Source: Desulfatiglandales bacterium
GTDB taxonomy: Bacteria; Desulfobacterota; DSM-4660; Desulfatiglandales; HGW-15
Length of the DNA stretch: 64,000 bases
Assembly (NCBI GenBank): GCA_963667015.2
Contig: CAXXJJ010000001.1
Location: forward strand, 480,001-544,000
Direction of reading: 5' to 3'
The notes beneath the pieces are model-generated. The model was given only the letters and a program-made list of their open reading frames with translations. It did not search any database and was not told the origin of the DNA. A program made the translations under genes and the position numbers. Of this stretch, positions 1 through 9,971 are shown piece by piece (the stretch's first letter is position 1; every line of letters starts with the position of its first letter).

Positions 1-731
1 CACTGGACACCATGGTAGGCAAGGTAATTGAAACAGTTGACAAGCTGGACCCCAATACTTACATAATTTATCTCGGTGATAACGGCACATGGGTGTTCAT
101 GGGGATGAACTTTATAGACAATATGTACATCACCAAAGAGGGGCGAAGCAAAGGTACTGCCTATGAAAGCGGTGTCCGGGTCTCCATGGCAATTAGAGGC
201 CCCGGTATCAAGGCAGGCTCAAAAAGCGACGAATGGGTGTGCAGCACAGATCTGTTCTCCACAATACTTGAACTTGCGGGCCTTGAAGTTCCCAAAATGG
301 TTCCCAACAAGGAAGGTAATGGTATGGTAGAAGTTGATGCTGTTTCACTTAAACCAATTCTTCTTGATGGCGCCAGGAATGTACGTGATCCTAATAAAGG
401 CTATATGCTTGCTGAGACCATAAACCCTACCAAGGATAATCTGATGCACGTAGCAGCACGGAATGCAACCTATAAACTGGTTTGTTCAAACAGCGCCAAA
501 ACAGAAAGTTGTGAATTTTACAACCTTGTTGATGATCCACTCGAAGAGTATCCTCTTGAAAAGCCTAGGAGCAATGAAAAGTTCAAGAACGGGACATGGA
601 CACCCAAAGACCAGGAATGGCATTTCTGTCACCTGCAGGAGGTCATAGCCAAGAAATCATTCCTGGCAGATCCTCCCAAACCAAAAGCCAAACCCCGCAT
701 GGGTATGCCTAAAAGAAAGATACAGCAATAA
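1..731 (+). CDS. Sulfatase family protein, C-terminal part (5' end outside window)
   Basis: GDNG and KGTAYESGVRV sulfatase motifs; closely similar to 1121..2845. Confidence 0.85.
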   Translation, partial: LDTMVGKVIETVDKLDPNTYIIYLGDNGTWVFMGMNFIDNMYITKEGRSKGTAYESGVRVSMAIRGPGIKAGSKSDEWVCSTDLFSTILELAGLEVPKMVPNKEGNGMVEVDAVSLKPILLDGARNVRDPNKGYMLAETINPTKDNLMHVAARNATYKLVCSNSAKTESCEFYNLVDDPLEEYPLEKPRSNEKFKNGTWTPKDQEWHFCHLQEVIAKKSFLADPPKPKAKPRMGMPKRKIQQ

Positions 732-825
732 ATAAAAAACAGGGGCAAACGATTCATGGTCGATTGCTCCTGTAAAACAGGATACTTTTTAATTATTCAA
801 TAGCATCCGGAAACAATTAATATCA

Positions 826-865
826 AGGCGGTGGAAGTATATCTTTTACCGCCTTACTTTTTTTC
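826..865 (+). terminator. Probable intrinsic terminator
   Basis: AAGGCGGT...ACCGCCTT stem followed by a T-run. Confidence 0.5.
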
Positions 866-1120
866 ATCTGAAGTATGGGCTTAAAATCTTTAATTATAAT
901 AGTAAAGGTATCGTGCAATATATTGAGAACTAAGTAGAATAAATTACACATATCGAGCATTGAACTCTATTCCTTGACACACGACTCTCCCCTGCATATA
1001 CTCATTTTTTAAGAAACATCTTATAGAAGATTTTTTTGAATGGCCGTTTTTTACGGCAGCCAGTTATTTATGAAGAAGGATTTTTAACAACAACTAACTG
1101 GGGGGAGAAGGGGTAAAATT

Positions 1121-2845
1121 GTGAGGAATAGAACCATTTTAAAAACATTGAGTGTATTTGCAATGCTGGTTCTGCTTTTGTTTGGAGCCGCCTGCAAGGA
1201 CAAGGTTAAGGAGGCAGATGTAAAAGAGTCAAATGCAAAAGAAGCAGAGGCTCCTGCCAAGCGTCCAAACATCCTGCTGATCATAGGTGATGACATCGGG
1301 ATAGACGTTACAACCAATATGTATCCGGGCATGATAGAAGATCTGACAAAGCAGTATGGCCCATCCGGGCATAATCACCCCCAATACAGAGAAATCGATG
1401 GCAGGCCTGCATCAACCCCTGTTCTCGATACTCTTGCAAAAGGGGGTATGAGATTTACCCATGCATGGGCACAGCCATTTTGTTCACCAACGCGAACATC
1501 GCTCCTTACCGGGCTTTTTTCCGCCAAGACAGGCGTGCTTGATTACATGGACTGGCTTTCCCAGAATCATCACTCCTTTGTTCAGGACCTGAAGGATAAA
1601 GGCGGTTACAGCACTGCAATATTCGGTAAATGGCATATAGCAGGCCTGGGGCAGTACCCAGGGATGAAGCCGAAGGAGGCTGGATTTGATCTTTTCCAGG
1701 GCAATATGCATGGTGGTGTTACCACATATTTTAAATGGGACTATCAAATCCAGGACGATACTTCTCCACCGGACCAGTTTCGTACCGAAGAGGCACCTGT
1801 AAGATCACTGCCCGGGATTGAGCCGACCACTTTTGCACCGGTAGTAAAAACTGCAGATGCTATTAAATGGATAACTGAACAGGAAACCGACAATCCCGAC
1901 AAGCCATGGTTTGCATGGTTTGCATTCAACCTGTCCCATATCACCGGGCAGCAGAATCCTAATCCCATGGTTATTCCGAATGCCGACACCATGAACGAAG
2001 TGGCGCGCAAAGAGATGGAAGAATGTATGGGGCCGGATGGTCAGTTCGGTTCTGCAAATGTAGGCTCCTGTTCTTCAGAGGCCCTAATGAGGGCGATGAC
2101 CAATACAATGGATACCATGATCGGCCGGCTGATCGAGACCGTAGACAAGCTTGATCCCAATACCTACATCATTTACCTGGGTGACAACGGAACATGGATG
2201 TTCGGTCCCAAGCGCGAGTTCATCGATAACATGTATATCACCAAGCAGGGACGCAGCAAGGGCACAGCCTATGAAAGCGGCGTTCGTGTCTCAATGGCGA
2301 TCCGGGGACCCGGTATAAAGGCTGACTCACAGAGTGATGAATGGATACATAATGTGGATCTGTTCCCTACCATCCTGAAACTGGCCGGTCTTGACGTTCC
2401 CAAAATGGTTCCCAACAGGGCAGGAGACAGTGTAGAGGTGGACGGCGTCTCATTAACACCCATACTCTTTGATGGAGCCAAAGGCCTGCGCGACCCGGAC
2501 AAAGGATATCTGCTTGCGGAAACAGTTAACCCTGTTAAAAACAACCTGATGGAAGTAGGGGCAAGGAACGCAACATACAAAGTCATCTGTGACAATAATG
2601 CTGAAACGGATAGTTGTGTGTTTTACAACCTGATTGATGACCCGATCGAAGAGTACCCACTGTCAAAGCCTGAAAGCTGTGATAATTATAAGAACGGGAC
2701 CTGGACCCCGAAGGATCCGGAGTGGAACTTCTGTTACCTGCAGGAGACAATAGCCCAGAAATCATTCCTGGTGAATCCTGAGAAAATTAAGGCTACCCCG
2801 TTCACGAGGATGGGACCGGCTCCTAAACCGCAACCAAAACAATAA
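1121..2845 (+). CDS. Sulfatase (arylsulfatase-like) lipoprotein
   Basis: PNILLIIGDD, formylglycine motif CSPTR, GKWH; signal peptide ending GAAC. Confidence 0.9.
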   Translation: MRNRTILKTLSVFAMLVLLLFGAACKDKVKEADVKESNAKEAEAPAKRPNILLIIGDDIGIDVTTNMYPGMIEDLTKQYGPSGHNHPQYREIDGRPASTPVLDTLAKGGMRFTHAWAQPFCSPTRTSLLTGLFSAKTGVLDYMDWLSQNHHSFVQDLKDKGGYSTAIFGKWHIAGLGQYPGMKPKEAGFDLFQGNMHGGVTTYFKWDYQIQDDTSPPDQFRTEEAPVRSLPGIEPTTFAPVVKTADAIKWITEQETDNPDKPWFAWFAFNLSHITGQQNPNPMVIPNADTMNEVARKEMEECMGPDGQFGSANVGSCSSEALMRAMTNTMDTMIGRLIETVDKLDPNTYIIYLGDNGTWMFGPKREFIDNMYITKQGRSKGTAYESGVRVSMAIRGPGIKADSQSDEWIHNVDLFPTILKLAGLDVPKMVPNRAGDSVEVDGVSLTPILFDGAKGLRDPDKGYLLAETVNPVKNNLMEVGARNATYKVICDNNAETDSCVFYNLIDDPIEEYPLSKPESCDNYKNGTWTPKDPEWNFCYLQETIAQKSFLVNPEKIKATPFTRMGPAPKPQPKQ

Positions 2846-2869
2846 AAATAATCCTTTTAATATAAATGC

Positions 2870-2904
2870 AGGGGCAGCCGAATCAAATCGGCTGCCTCTT
2901 TTTT
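2870..2904 (+). terminator. Intrinsic terminator
   Basis: AGGGGCAGCCGA/TCGGCTGCCTCT hairpin plus T-tract just after the stop. Confidence 0.75.
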
Positions 2905-3002
2905 ATTTATCTCCCATCCACAGGGAAAAAGCCCTGAGATTTTATTGAATAGTCAACCTTTTTGGCTTAAAGTATCTCCATGATTTTGAAAAGGAGAGTC
3001 AT

Positions 3003-3176
3003 ATGAAAAAAGATATGGGGACTGATTCCTCGGGGGAGGACAGAGATAAAATCCCGGACCTGGAGTTAGAGTCAATAGATGATATTATTGAGAGACTTGA
3101 GAGTCTTTCATATGAAGGCCGCCGTCATATTATTGCCTACCTGAAGGCGAAGATGGCAAAGAATAAAAAAGAATAA
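3003..3176 (+). CDS. Small hypothetical protein (57 aa, below the ORF-track cutoff)
   Basis: AGGAG RBS then MKKDMGTD...KNKKE*. Confidence 0.5.
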   Translation: MKKDMGTDSSGEDRDKIPDLELESIDDIIERLESLSYEGRRHIIAYLKAKMAKNKKE

Positions 3177-3182
3177 TGATTT

Positions 3183-3992
3183 CTAGGAGCTGGTATCAAC
3201 CCTTATTCTGTCTCTTATATCTGATTCTGTAATAGCATACAGCATATCAAGAAAACGCATCTGAAAACTTCCCGGCCCCTTGACTCCTTCTCCTGCAAGC
3301 TCTCCTGTAATCCCCATAACAGCCATTGCATGAGCCGTTGCAGCCAGGGCGGAAGAATTAACCGCAAGAAATGCCCCGCAGAGTGCGGAGGCAGTACAGC
3401 CCAGACCAGTCACACGGGGCATCAGGGGGTGCCCGTTATGACATGTTATCAGGTTAACCCCCTGCACAATGAGGTCTTCTTTCCCGCTTATGCACACCAC
3501 ACATCCGTGGTCTTCTGAAAGCTGCCGGGCCGCTTCCAGGGCCGACTCTGAAGATGCGGTACTGTCAACGCCCTTTGTTCGTGATTCCGCGCCTGCCACG
3601 GCAAGAATCTCAGAGGCGTTACCTCTTATAACGGTTGGATCCGCGATATCCAGAAGAGCTGTCAGCGTCTTTGTCCGATATGGTGTTGCCCCTGCACCTA
3701 CCGGGTCGATTACTATGGGTACGCCAAGCTCCTTTGCCCTTTTTAATGCCTTTTCCATTGCTTCAATCCAGGGATCGCTTAAGGTCCCGATATTTACTAC
3801 CAGTGCCCCTGCAAGCGAAACCATATCAGCAACCTCCTCCCGGGCATGGGCCATAACCGGTGACGCTCCAAGTGAAAGAAGCGCGTTGGCGGTGTTGTTC
3901 ATTACCACATAATTGGTGATATTGTGAATTAGCGGGGCCTTTTCCCGGATCGCCAGTATATCCGACCATATTGTCTGTTCATTTATTTCCAT
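3183..3992 (-). CDS. thiM: Hydroxyethylthiazole kinase
   Basis: [34 protein letters not shown] motifs. Confidence 0.95.
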   Translation of the reverse strand: MEINEQTIWSDILAIREKAPLIHNITNYVVMNNTANALLSLGASPVMAHAREEVADMVSLAGALVVNIGTLSDPWIEAMEKALKRAKELGVPIVIDPVGAGATPYRTKTLTALLDIADPTVIRGNASEILAVAGAESRTKGVDSTASSESALEAARQLSEDHGCVVCISGKEDLIVQGVNLITCHNGHPLMPRVTGLGCTASALCGAFLAVNSSALAATAHAMAVMGITGELAGEGVKGPGSFQMRFLDMLYAITESDIRDRIRVDTSS

Positions 3993-4240
3993 TTTCTGTT
4001 CCCTTTTTTATGTAACTATATCCCTGAAGCCTTTTTAAATCAAGGTGTTCCAGCCGTGCATTTTATTGTCAGCGTATGTTGTTGAGTCAGTTATCCGGCT
4101 GGTGCTTCCTCCTTATCATGGTGAAGATAGTGAATTGCTTTTAATATAAGGATCTGAAATAATCCGTGGCAAGTAAATAACATCCTGGTCACAGGATATC
4201 CGGTGTCATGCTCAGATAAATTATATCCAAGGAAATTCCA

Positions 4241-5035
4241 ATGTTTAACTGGTTTCGTAACCGCCGCAGAAAAAAACTTACACAGGCCCCTTTCCCTTCC
4301 GCATGGGAAGAGATCCTTTATCGTAATGTCGCCCACTACTGTATGCTAGATGATTCCGAGCGCGCAAAGCTGCATGCACTTATCCAGGTGTTTATTGCCG
4401 AGAAATACTGGGAAGGAGCCGGCGGGCTGGAGCCTGACGACGAGATTCGCGTCACAATCTCTGCCCAGGCCTGCATGCTTCTCCTGGGTATACCTCATAA
4501 CTATTACCGGAATGTAATGTCCATCATCATCTATCCCTCTACAGTGATCCCTCCAAAACGCAGGCAGGGTTTTTTTGAAAATTCAATGAAACCGGAGAAT
4601 ATTGAGCAGCCTATTCTCGGGCAGGCGGTAATGCAGGGCCCGGTGATAATTATATGGGATGCGGCCCTGCATGGAAGCCGTCATCCTGAGCTGGGGCACA
4701 ATGTCATATATCATGAATTTGCACATAAGCTGGACATGCTCGATGGCGCTCCAGACGGAACCCCGCCCTTACGGGACAGGGATGAATACCGCGACTGGAT
4801 TGCTGTATGTACAAGGGAATTTAAGCGTCTCAGACAGGATGCCGCAAAGGGGCGAAGATCATTTCTCAATCTGTATGGCGCAACAAACGAGGCGGAGTTT
4901 TTTGCGGTTGCCACAGAACAGTTTTTTGATCAGCCGCTGTTGATGGTTGACCAGTCACCGGATCTCTATCGTGTTTTACAGGAATACTACCACCAGGATC
5001 CGGCAGAACGGGTAAACAGGAAAAGCTGCAATTAA
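4241..5035 (+). CDS. Zinc-dependent peptidase, M90/MtfA family
   Basis: HEFAHKLD, YGATNEAEFFAVATEQFF. Confidence 0.9.
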   Translation: MFNWFRNRRRKKLTQAPFPSAWEEILYRNVAHYCMLDDSERAKLHALIQVFIAEKYWEGAGGLEPDDEIRVTISAQACMLLLGIPHNYYRNVMSIIIYPSTVIPPKRRQGFFENSMKPENIEQPILGQAVMQGPVIIIWDAALHGSRHPELGHNVIYHEFAHKLDMLDGAPDGTPPLRDRDEYRDWIAVCTREFKRLRQDAAKGRRSFLNLYGATNEAEFFAVATEQFFDQPLLMVDQSPDLYRVLQEYYHQDPAERVNRKSCN

Positions 5036-5344
5036 CAGTGATCAACAGGTAATTGCAAATAAAAATAGACAGTAAATAGTAGAGAAGAGCTCTTCTCCCT
5101 TCAGCAATAAATATTGACTTAGAAAACCTCTTGAAATAACCTGCTTTTTTGTAATGTGATAAAAGATGTAATAAAAGCTACCCGCCATGTCCATGCATCG
5201 GGTAGCTTCATTATTAAAAGATTATCAATCTGTCTTTTCGATCAACGGGCAGCTCAATAAGATTTCTCAGCTATTGATTCGAAATGACATTGCAAAACAT
5301 CATGCGCTGGAATGACGAAAAAAGCATAGAATCACTGATCAGCA

Positions 5345-7672
5345 ATGAAAATGAAAACTTTTCTTAAACGACGGGTAATACTATGGAGCCTTATTTCATG
5401 CTCAATAGTCCTGCTGGCAGCAATAATTTCAGTTGCCCTGTACATGACTTCCCTTTCCAAAGAGATTGACCGACGCTTCAGCAGCCGCCCCTGGGACATC
5501 CCTTCCAGGGTATATTCCGATACAACCCTTTTATATGAAGGCCAGAAAATCAATTTTGATCTTCTTGTTAAAAAACTGGGCAGGCTGGGATACAGAAATT
5601 CGGATCGTGTGCCCGATAAGCAGGGGGAGATGTCTGTTTCACCTGACACCATTTCTGTCTACCTCCATGATTTCCATACTCCGACCTATAACCAGGAAAG
5701 CAGACCGGTTATTATTAAGGTCAAAAACGGGCAGATATCCGGTATTAAAGATATGAAGGCAAATGCTCCTGTAGCCCTTCTGGAGCTGGAACCCGAGGAG
5801 CTGATGCTCTATTTCGGTCCAAAATGGGAGCGCCGCCAGTTTCTTGCCATTCGAACATTACCGCCGCATGTGGTCCATGCAATCCTGGCGGCAGAAGATC
5901 ACGACTATTACAAACATCAGGGGATTTCTTTCAGGGGTATACTCAGGGCATTTATCCAGAATATCCGGGCGGGCAGGATCAGCCAGGGGGCATCCACAAT
6001 TACCCAGCAGGTTGCAAGGATGTTTTTCCTGACCCAGGAGGTGTCATTTCGCCGGAAAATCAAGGAGCAGATGATAGCCGTAGTGCTGGAACTAAAATTC
6101 TCCAAGGCGGATATCCTTGAAATTTTTATCAACGAAACCAACTGGGGGCAGCAGGGATCAGCGGCAATTGTCGGTCTGGCTGAGGCGGCCCGGTTTTATT
6201 TTGACAAAAAGGCGGCTGATCTCTCTGTGGCCGAGGCTGCAGCCCTTGGCGTGATTATTCGTAATGCATCATATTACTCCCCCTACCGGCATCCTGATAA
6301 ACTTATGGAAAGACGGAACCAGGTTTTATCAATTATGCATAAGGAAGGGTGGCTGGATGATACAGGTCTTGCCGATGCCGTTGCAGCACCCCTGGGTGCG
6401 GTTGAGTATACAACCCGTTCACGGCATGCAAGATATTTTACTGACTATCTGACCGGTCAGCTCTCCGAACTGTATCCCCGGGACACGCTCACCGGCGAAG
6501 GGCTTTCCATCTTCACAACAATCGACACCCAGGTTCAGCAGGCTGCAGAAGAGGCGCTTGTCAGGGGGCTGGCAAGACTCGAGTCCGCAGACAGGAGACT
6601 CAAGAGGAAAGACCCCGGTGAGAGCCTTCAGGGGGCGGTTGTGGTTATGCAGCCTAAAACCGGCTATATTCTTGCCATGGCAGGGGGCCGTAATTACGGA
6701 ATAAGCCAGTTTAACCGGGCCACTGATGCAATGCGACAGCCGGGAAGCGCCTTCAAACCCTTTGTATATTTATCTGCCCTGGACAGGTTGACACCTGTAT
6801 CCAGGCTTTCCAACTCTCCCCAGACATACATAATTGACGGAAAAGAATGGATACCAAAAAATTATGAGGAAGATGCCCCGGCAGAACTCACCCTCCGGGA
6901 GGCCCTTGCCTATTCACAAAATGTTGCCACTGTAAACCTGGCATTTGCCGACGGTTTTACATGGAGCCCGGATATTACTTCCATCAACCTCTCGTTCGTG
7001 ATGGGGTTAAAGCGACTGCAGAATGTTACAGAGTCCTTTCACCTGCCCACTGCAGAAAATCCCTATCCCTCAATGGTGCTGGGAGCCCAGGAGCTGACTC
7101 CGCTCATGCTGGCCAGGGCCTATTGTGCCTTTGCCGCAGACGGTGTTTTGCCATATCCGCTCTCTGTCAGCTCGGTTGTTGATGAAGGCGGTAATATACT
7201 GGAAAGAAGACATGCCCTTATAGAGCGGGTAATCAGCCCGGCCAAGGCCTATCTTATGAGTGATCTTCTGCACAGTGTGGTGGAGTTAGGAACCGCGCGA
7301 TCCCTGAAAAACTATGGAGTTGACTGGCCTGCGGCCGGTAAAACAGGCACAACCAACGGGACGCGGGATGCATGGTTTGTAGGATATACTCCTAATATTC
7401 TGGCCGTAGTATGGGTCGGGTTTGATAATAATGATCCGGTCTATTTTACAGGCGGCCGGGCCGCCCTGCCTATCTGGGCCGAGATGATGAAGGCGCTGCC
7501 GCAGTATGTGTCCGGAGAATGGTTTGTTATGCCGGCCGGAATAGAAAAACACACTGTATGTAAAGAAAGTGGTATGCTTGCAGGTGCATGCTGCCCGGAA
7601 CCCATAGAAGAAATTTTTTTAAGTGAGACCTCTCCAAAGGAAATATGCAGCCAGCATGAGTGTCAGGATTAA
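5345..7672 (+). CDS. mrcB: Penicillin-binding protein 1B (transglycosylase/transpeptidase)
   Basis: N-terminal TM, UB2H-like insert, GASTITQQ, SAFK, SQN, KTG motifs. Confidence 0.85.
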   Translation: MKMKTFLKRRVILWSLISCSIVLLAAIISVALYMTSLSKEIDRRFSSRPWDIPSRVYSDTTLLYEGQKINFDLLVKKLGRLGYRNSDRVPDKQGEMSVSPDTISVYLHDFHTPTYNQESRPVIIKVKNGQISGIKDMKANAPVALLELEPEELMLYFGPKWERRQFLAIRTLPPHVVHAILAAEDHDYYKHQGISFRGILRAFIQNIRAGRISQGASTITQQVARMFFLTQEVSFRRKIKEQMIAVVLELKFSKADILEIFINETNWGQQGSAAIVGLAEAARFYFDKKAADLSVAEAAALGVIIRNASYYSPYRHPDKLMERRNQVLSIMHKEGWLDDTGLADAVAAPLGAVEYTTRSRHARYFTDYLTGQLSELYPRDTLTGEGLSIFTTIDTQVQQAAEEALVRGLARLESADRRLKRKDPGESLQGAVVVMQPKTGYILAMAGGRNYGISQFNRATDAMRQPGSAFKPFVYLSALDRLTPVSRLSNSPQTYIIDGKEWIPKNYEEDAPAELTLREALAYSQNVATVNLAFADGFTWSPDITSINLSFVMGLKRLQNVTESFHLPTAENPYPSMVLGAQELTPLMLARAYCAFAADGVLPYPLSVSSVVDEGGNILERRHALIERVISPAKAYLMSDLLHSVVELGTARSLKNYGVDWPAAGKTGTTNGTRDAWFVGYTPNILAVVWVGFDNNDPVYFTGGRAALPIWAEMMKALPQYVSGEWFVMPAGIEKHTVCKESGMLAGACCPEPIEEIFLSETSPKEICSQHECQD

Positions 7673-8159
7673 AAATATATTGAAAGGAATAACTGCATTG
7701 CAAAAGTATGTAATAAAAATATTAATACCCTGTATATTTATAATCCTTGCAGGTTGTGCAGGCAGGCAGCCTGTCAGAATACCACCTGATGACGTGTCTG
7801 AGCCCGAATCTCCATCTCCCCTTATCCGGGATGAAGGCGAGACATCCTATCCGCCGGAGCCCGAAGAACCTGTACGCCGGCCGACTCCAAGGGATCAGGC
7901 CAGCCTGAATTTAATGGATAAGGCCATGGTGTTTCTTGATGAGAACAGACCGGATGAATCAATCCGGACCCTGGAAAAGGCTGTAACCATCTCGCCCGGA
8001 AGAGGAGAAAATTACTATTATCTTGCAGAGGCCTGGTTAATGAAGGGAAATTATTCCCAGGCAAAGGAATATAATTCTCTGGCGGCCATTTATCTGAAGG
8101 ATGATGCCCGATGGATGGACCGGGTTGAAGAACAGAAAATACGTATTGAGGAGGAGTGA
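7623..8159 (+). CDS. TPR-containing lipoprotein (true start probably downstream of 7623)
   Basis: LAGC lipobox, Pro-rich linker, TPR-like helices; follows PBP1B. Confidence 0.7.
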   Translation: MRPLQRKYAASMSVRIKNILKGITALQKYVIKILIPCIFIILAGCAGRQPVRIPPDDVSEPESPSPLIRDEGETSYPPEPEEPVRRPTPRDQASLNLMDKAMVFLDENRPDESIRTLEKAVTISPGRGENYYYLAEAWLMKGNYSQAKEYNSLAAIYLKDDARWMDRVEEQKIRIEEE

Positions 8160-8162
8160 TAC

Positions 8163-8339
8163 ATGAAAAAATCATTTGGAGCAAAAACACTAATCTTTCC
8201 TGCACCCGTATGGTGCGTGGGTACCTATGATGCCGGAGATGTGCCCAACATAATGACCATCGCCTGGGGAGGCATATGGTATTGGAAAGGGTCTGATGAA
8301 GTAATATTTATATGCATTAATTCTGTGTCTTTTCAATAA
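8163..8339 (+). pseudogene. Truncated flavin reductase/flavoredoxin (N-terminal 38 aa only)
   Basis: [34 protein letters not shown], then loss of similarity and a stop at codon 59. Confidence 0.7.
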
Positions 8340-8507
8340 TGCAAAAAACAATGTCAATTGATTTCTCTCTGTCAATGGACCCATGTGATTTTAGGGCTCT
8401 CTTTTAAAAATTATTTTAAGTTTTGCGTCTGAATTTTTAGTGTGGCAAGCTTATTTTCTGCTCATATTATCTTAAGAAAAAGCAAAGAAAATTCAGATAT
8501 TAGTTAA

Positions 8508-9971
8508 TCACTCATCAATATAAACATTTTGAGTTTCCCTGTATTTTTTTAAACGGTGGCGCAGTGTATTTCTACTGATTCCAAGCATATCGGCTGCCCT
8601 TACCTGATTGTTTCCGCACTCTTCAAGGACCTTTAAAATGATTGTCTCTTCAACTGTTTCAACAATATTCGCGTGAATACCTTCCTTGAAAAGCTGAATT
8701 ATTTCCGGCATTATGCTTTCTATCTTGTCCCTTAAGCGGCTTATCACCCTCTCCCGGTTCAAGGTCTGGGCGTCATACTCCTTCTGTTTATCAAGGAAAT
8801 CTATATGGTCTGCGGTTATAATATTTCCGTTACATACAATAATTGCCCTGTGAAGACAGTTTTCCAGTTCTCTGATGTTACCTGGCCAGGAATATGATTT
8901 AAACTGATTTATAACCTCTTCATCCACACCGTGGATTGTCTTGTTATACTCTGCCCCGAACCTTTTTAAAAAGTAATCTACAAGCTCAGGCATATCTTCT
9001 GCTCTTCTTCTTAAGGGAGGAAGATCAATGGATATGACCTTAAGCCGCCAGTAAAGGTCTTCCCTGAACAGACCATCCCTGACTGCCAGGGAAAGGTCCT
9101 TATTGGTCGCGGCAATTATGCGCACATCAACCTTTACTGTCTTGACTCCTCCAAGTCTTTCAAGCTCTCCCTCCTGAAGTACACGTAAAAGTTTAGCCTG
9201 AAGGGGTATGGACATGTCGCCGATTTCATCCAGAAAACAGGTGCCGCCATTCGCCCTTTCAATCTTTCCTATTTTTGTATGGCGGGCTCCTGTAAATGCG
9301 CCGGGTTCATAGCCGAAAATCTCGCTTTCAAAAAGGTGTTCGGGTATTGCAGCACAATTAATAGCAAGGAAAGGCTTTTTATTACGCATACTGTGGTGGA
9401 AAATAGCCTTTGCCGCCAGTTCCTTTCCTGTACCGCTTTCACCGGTAAGGAGCACGGCCACATTTTTTTCTGCTATCTGGCCTATGGTTTTATAGACCTC
9501 CTGCATCGCCTTGCTTCTGCCCACCATTTTGAGGGTGTTTTTCGTAATTACGTCTTCTTCTGAAGCAACCGTGTCAGGAATCCATACAACTTCCTTCATC
9601 CGGCGGTTAAGTTCAAGTGCCTCGCTTACTATACGGCTCAGCTCTTTTCTCTCAAATGGTTTCCTAAGATAGTCATAGGCCCCGCGTTTCATGGCTTCAA
9701 TGGCGGTATCAGTGCTTCCGTATGCGGTCATTATAATGACAGGTGTTTTAACCTGCGCATTCTTGATTTCCGTTAATGTATCAAGTCCGTTAAGACCCGG
9801 CATCTTGTAATCCAGCAGGATCAGATCAAAGGTCTTTTCGTTGATTGTTCCGACAGCATCTTCGCCTGTCAGGCAGGTTGTTACTTCATACCCTTTCCTG
9901 CTGAAAAACCTGGTAAGAAAATGGTTCAGGCCTTCGTCATCATCAATCAGTAGGATTTTGTCTGTTTGCAT
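8508..9971 (-). CDS. Sigma54-dependent response regulator (NtrC family)
   Basis: REC domain, GESGTGKE, GAFTGA, C-terminal HTH. Confidence 0.95.
   Translation of the reverse strand: MQTDKILLIDDDEGLNHFLTRFFSRKGYEVTTCLTGEDAVGTINEKTFDLILLDYKMPGLNGLDTLTEIKNAQVKTPVIIMTAYGSTDTAIEAMKRGAYDYLRKPFERKELSRIVSEALELNRRMKEVVWIPDTVASEEDVITKNTLKMVGRSKAMQEVYKTIGQIAEKNVAVLLTGESGTGKELAAKAIFHHSMRNKKPFLAINCAAIPEHLFESEIFGYEPGAFTGARHTKIGKIERANGGTCFLDEIGDMSIPLQAKLLRVLQEGELERLGGVKTVKVDVRIIAATNKDLSLAVRDGLFREDLYWRLKVISIDLPPLRRRAEDMPELVDYFLKRFGAEYNKTIHGVDEEVINQFKSYSWPGNIRELENCLHRAIIVCNGNIITADHIDFLDKQKEYDAQTLNRERVISRLRDKIESIMPEIIQLFKEGIHANIVETVEETIILKVLEECGNNQVRAADMLGISRNTLRHRLKKYRETQNVYIDE

Noticed and set aside
3993..4240. 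TPP riboswitch upstream of thiM
   Set aside because: No CTGAGA...ACCTG aptamer core visible
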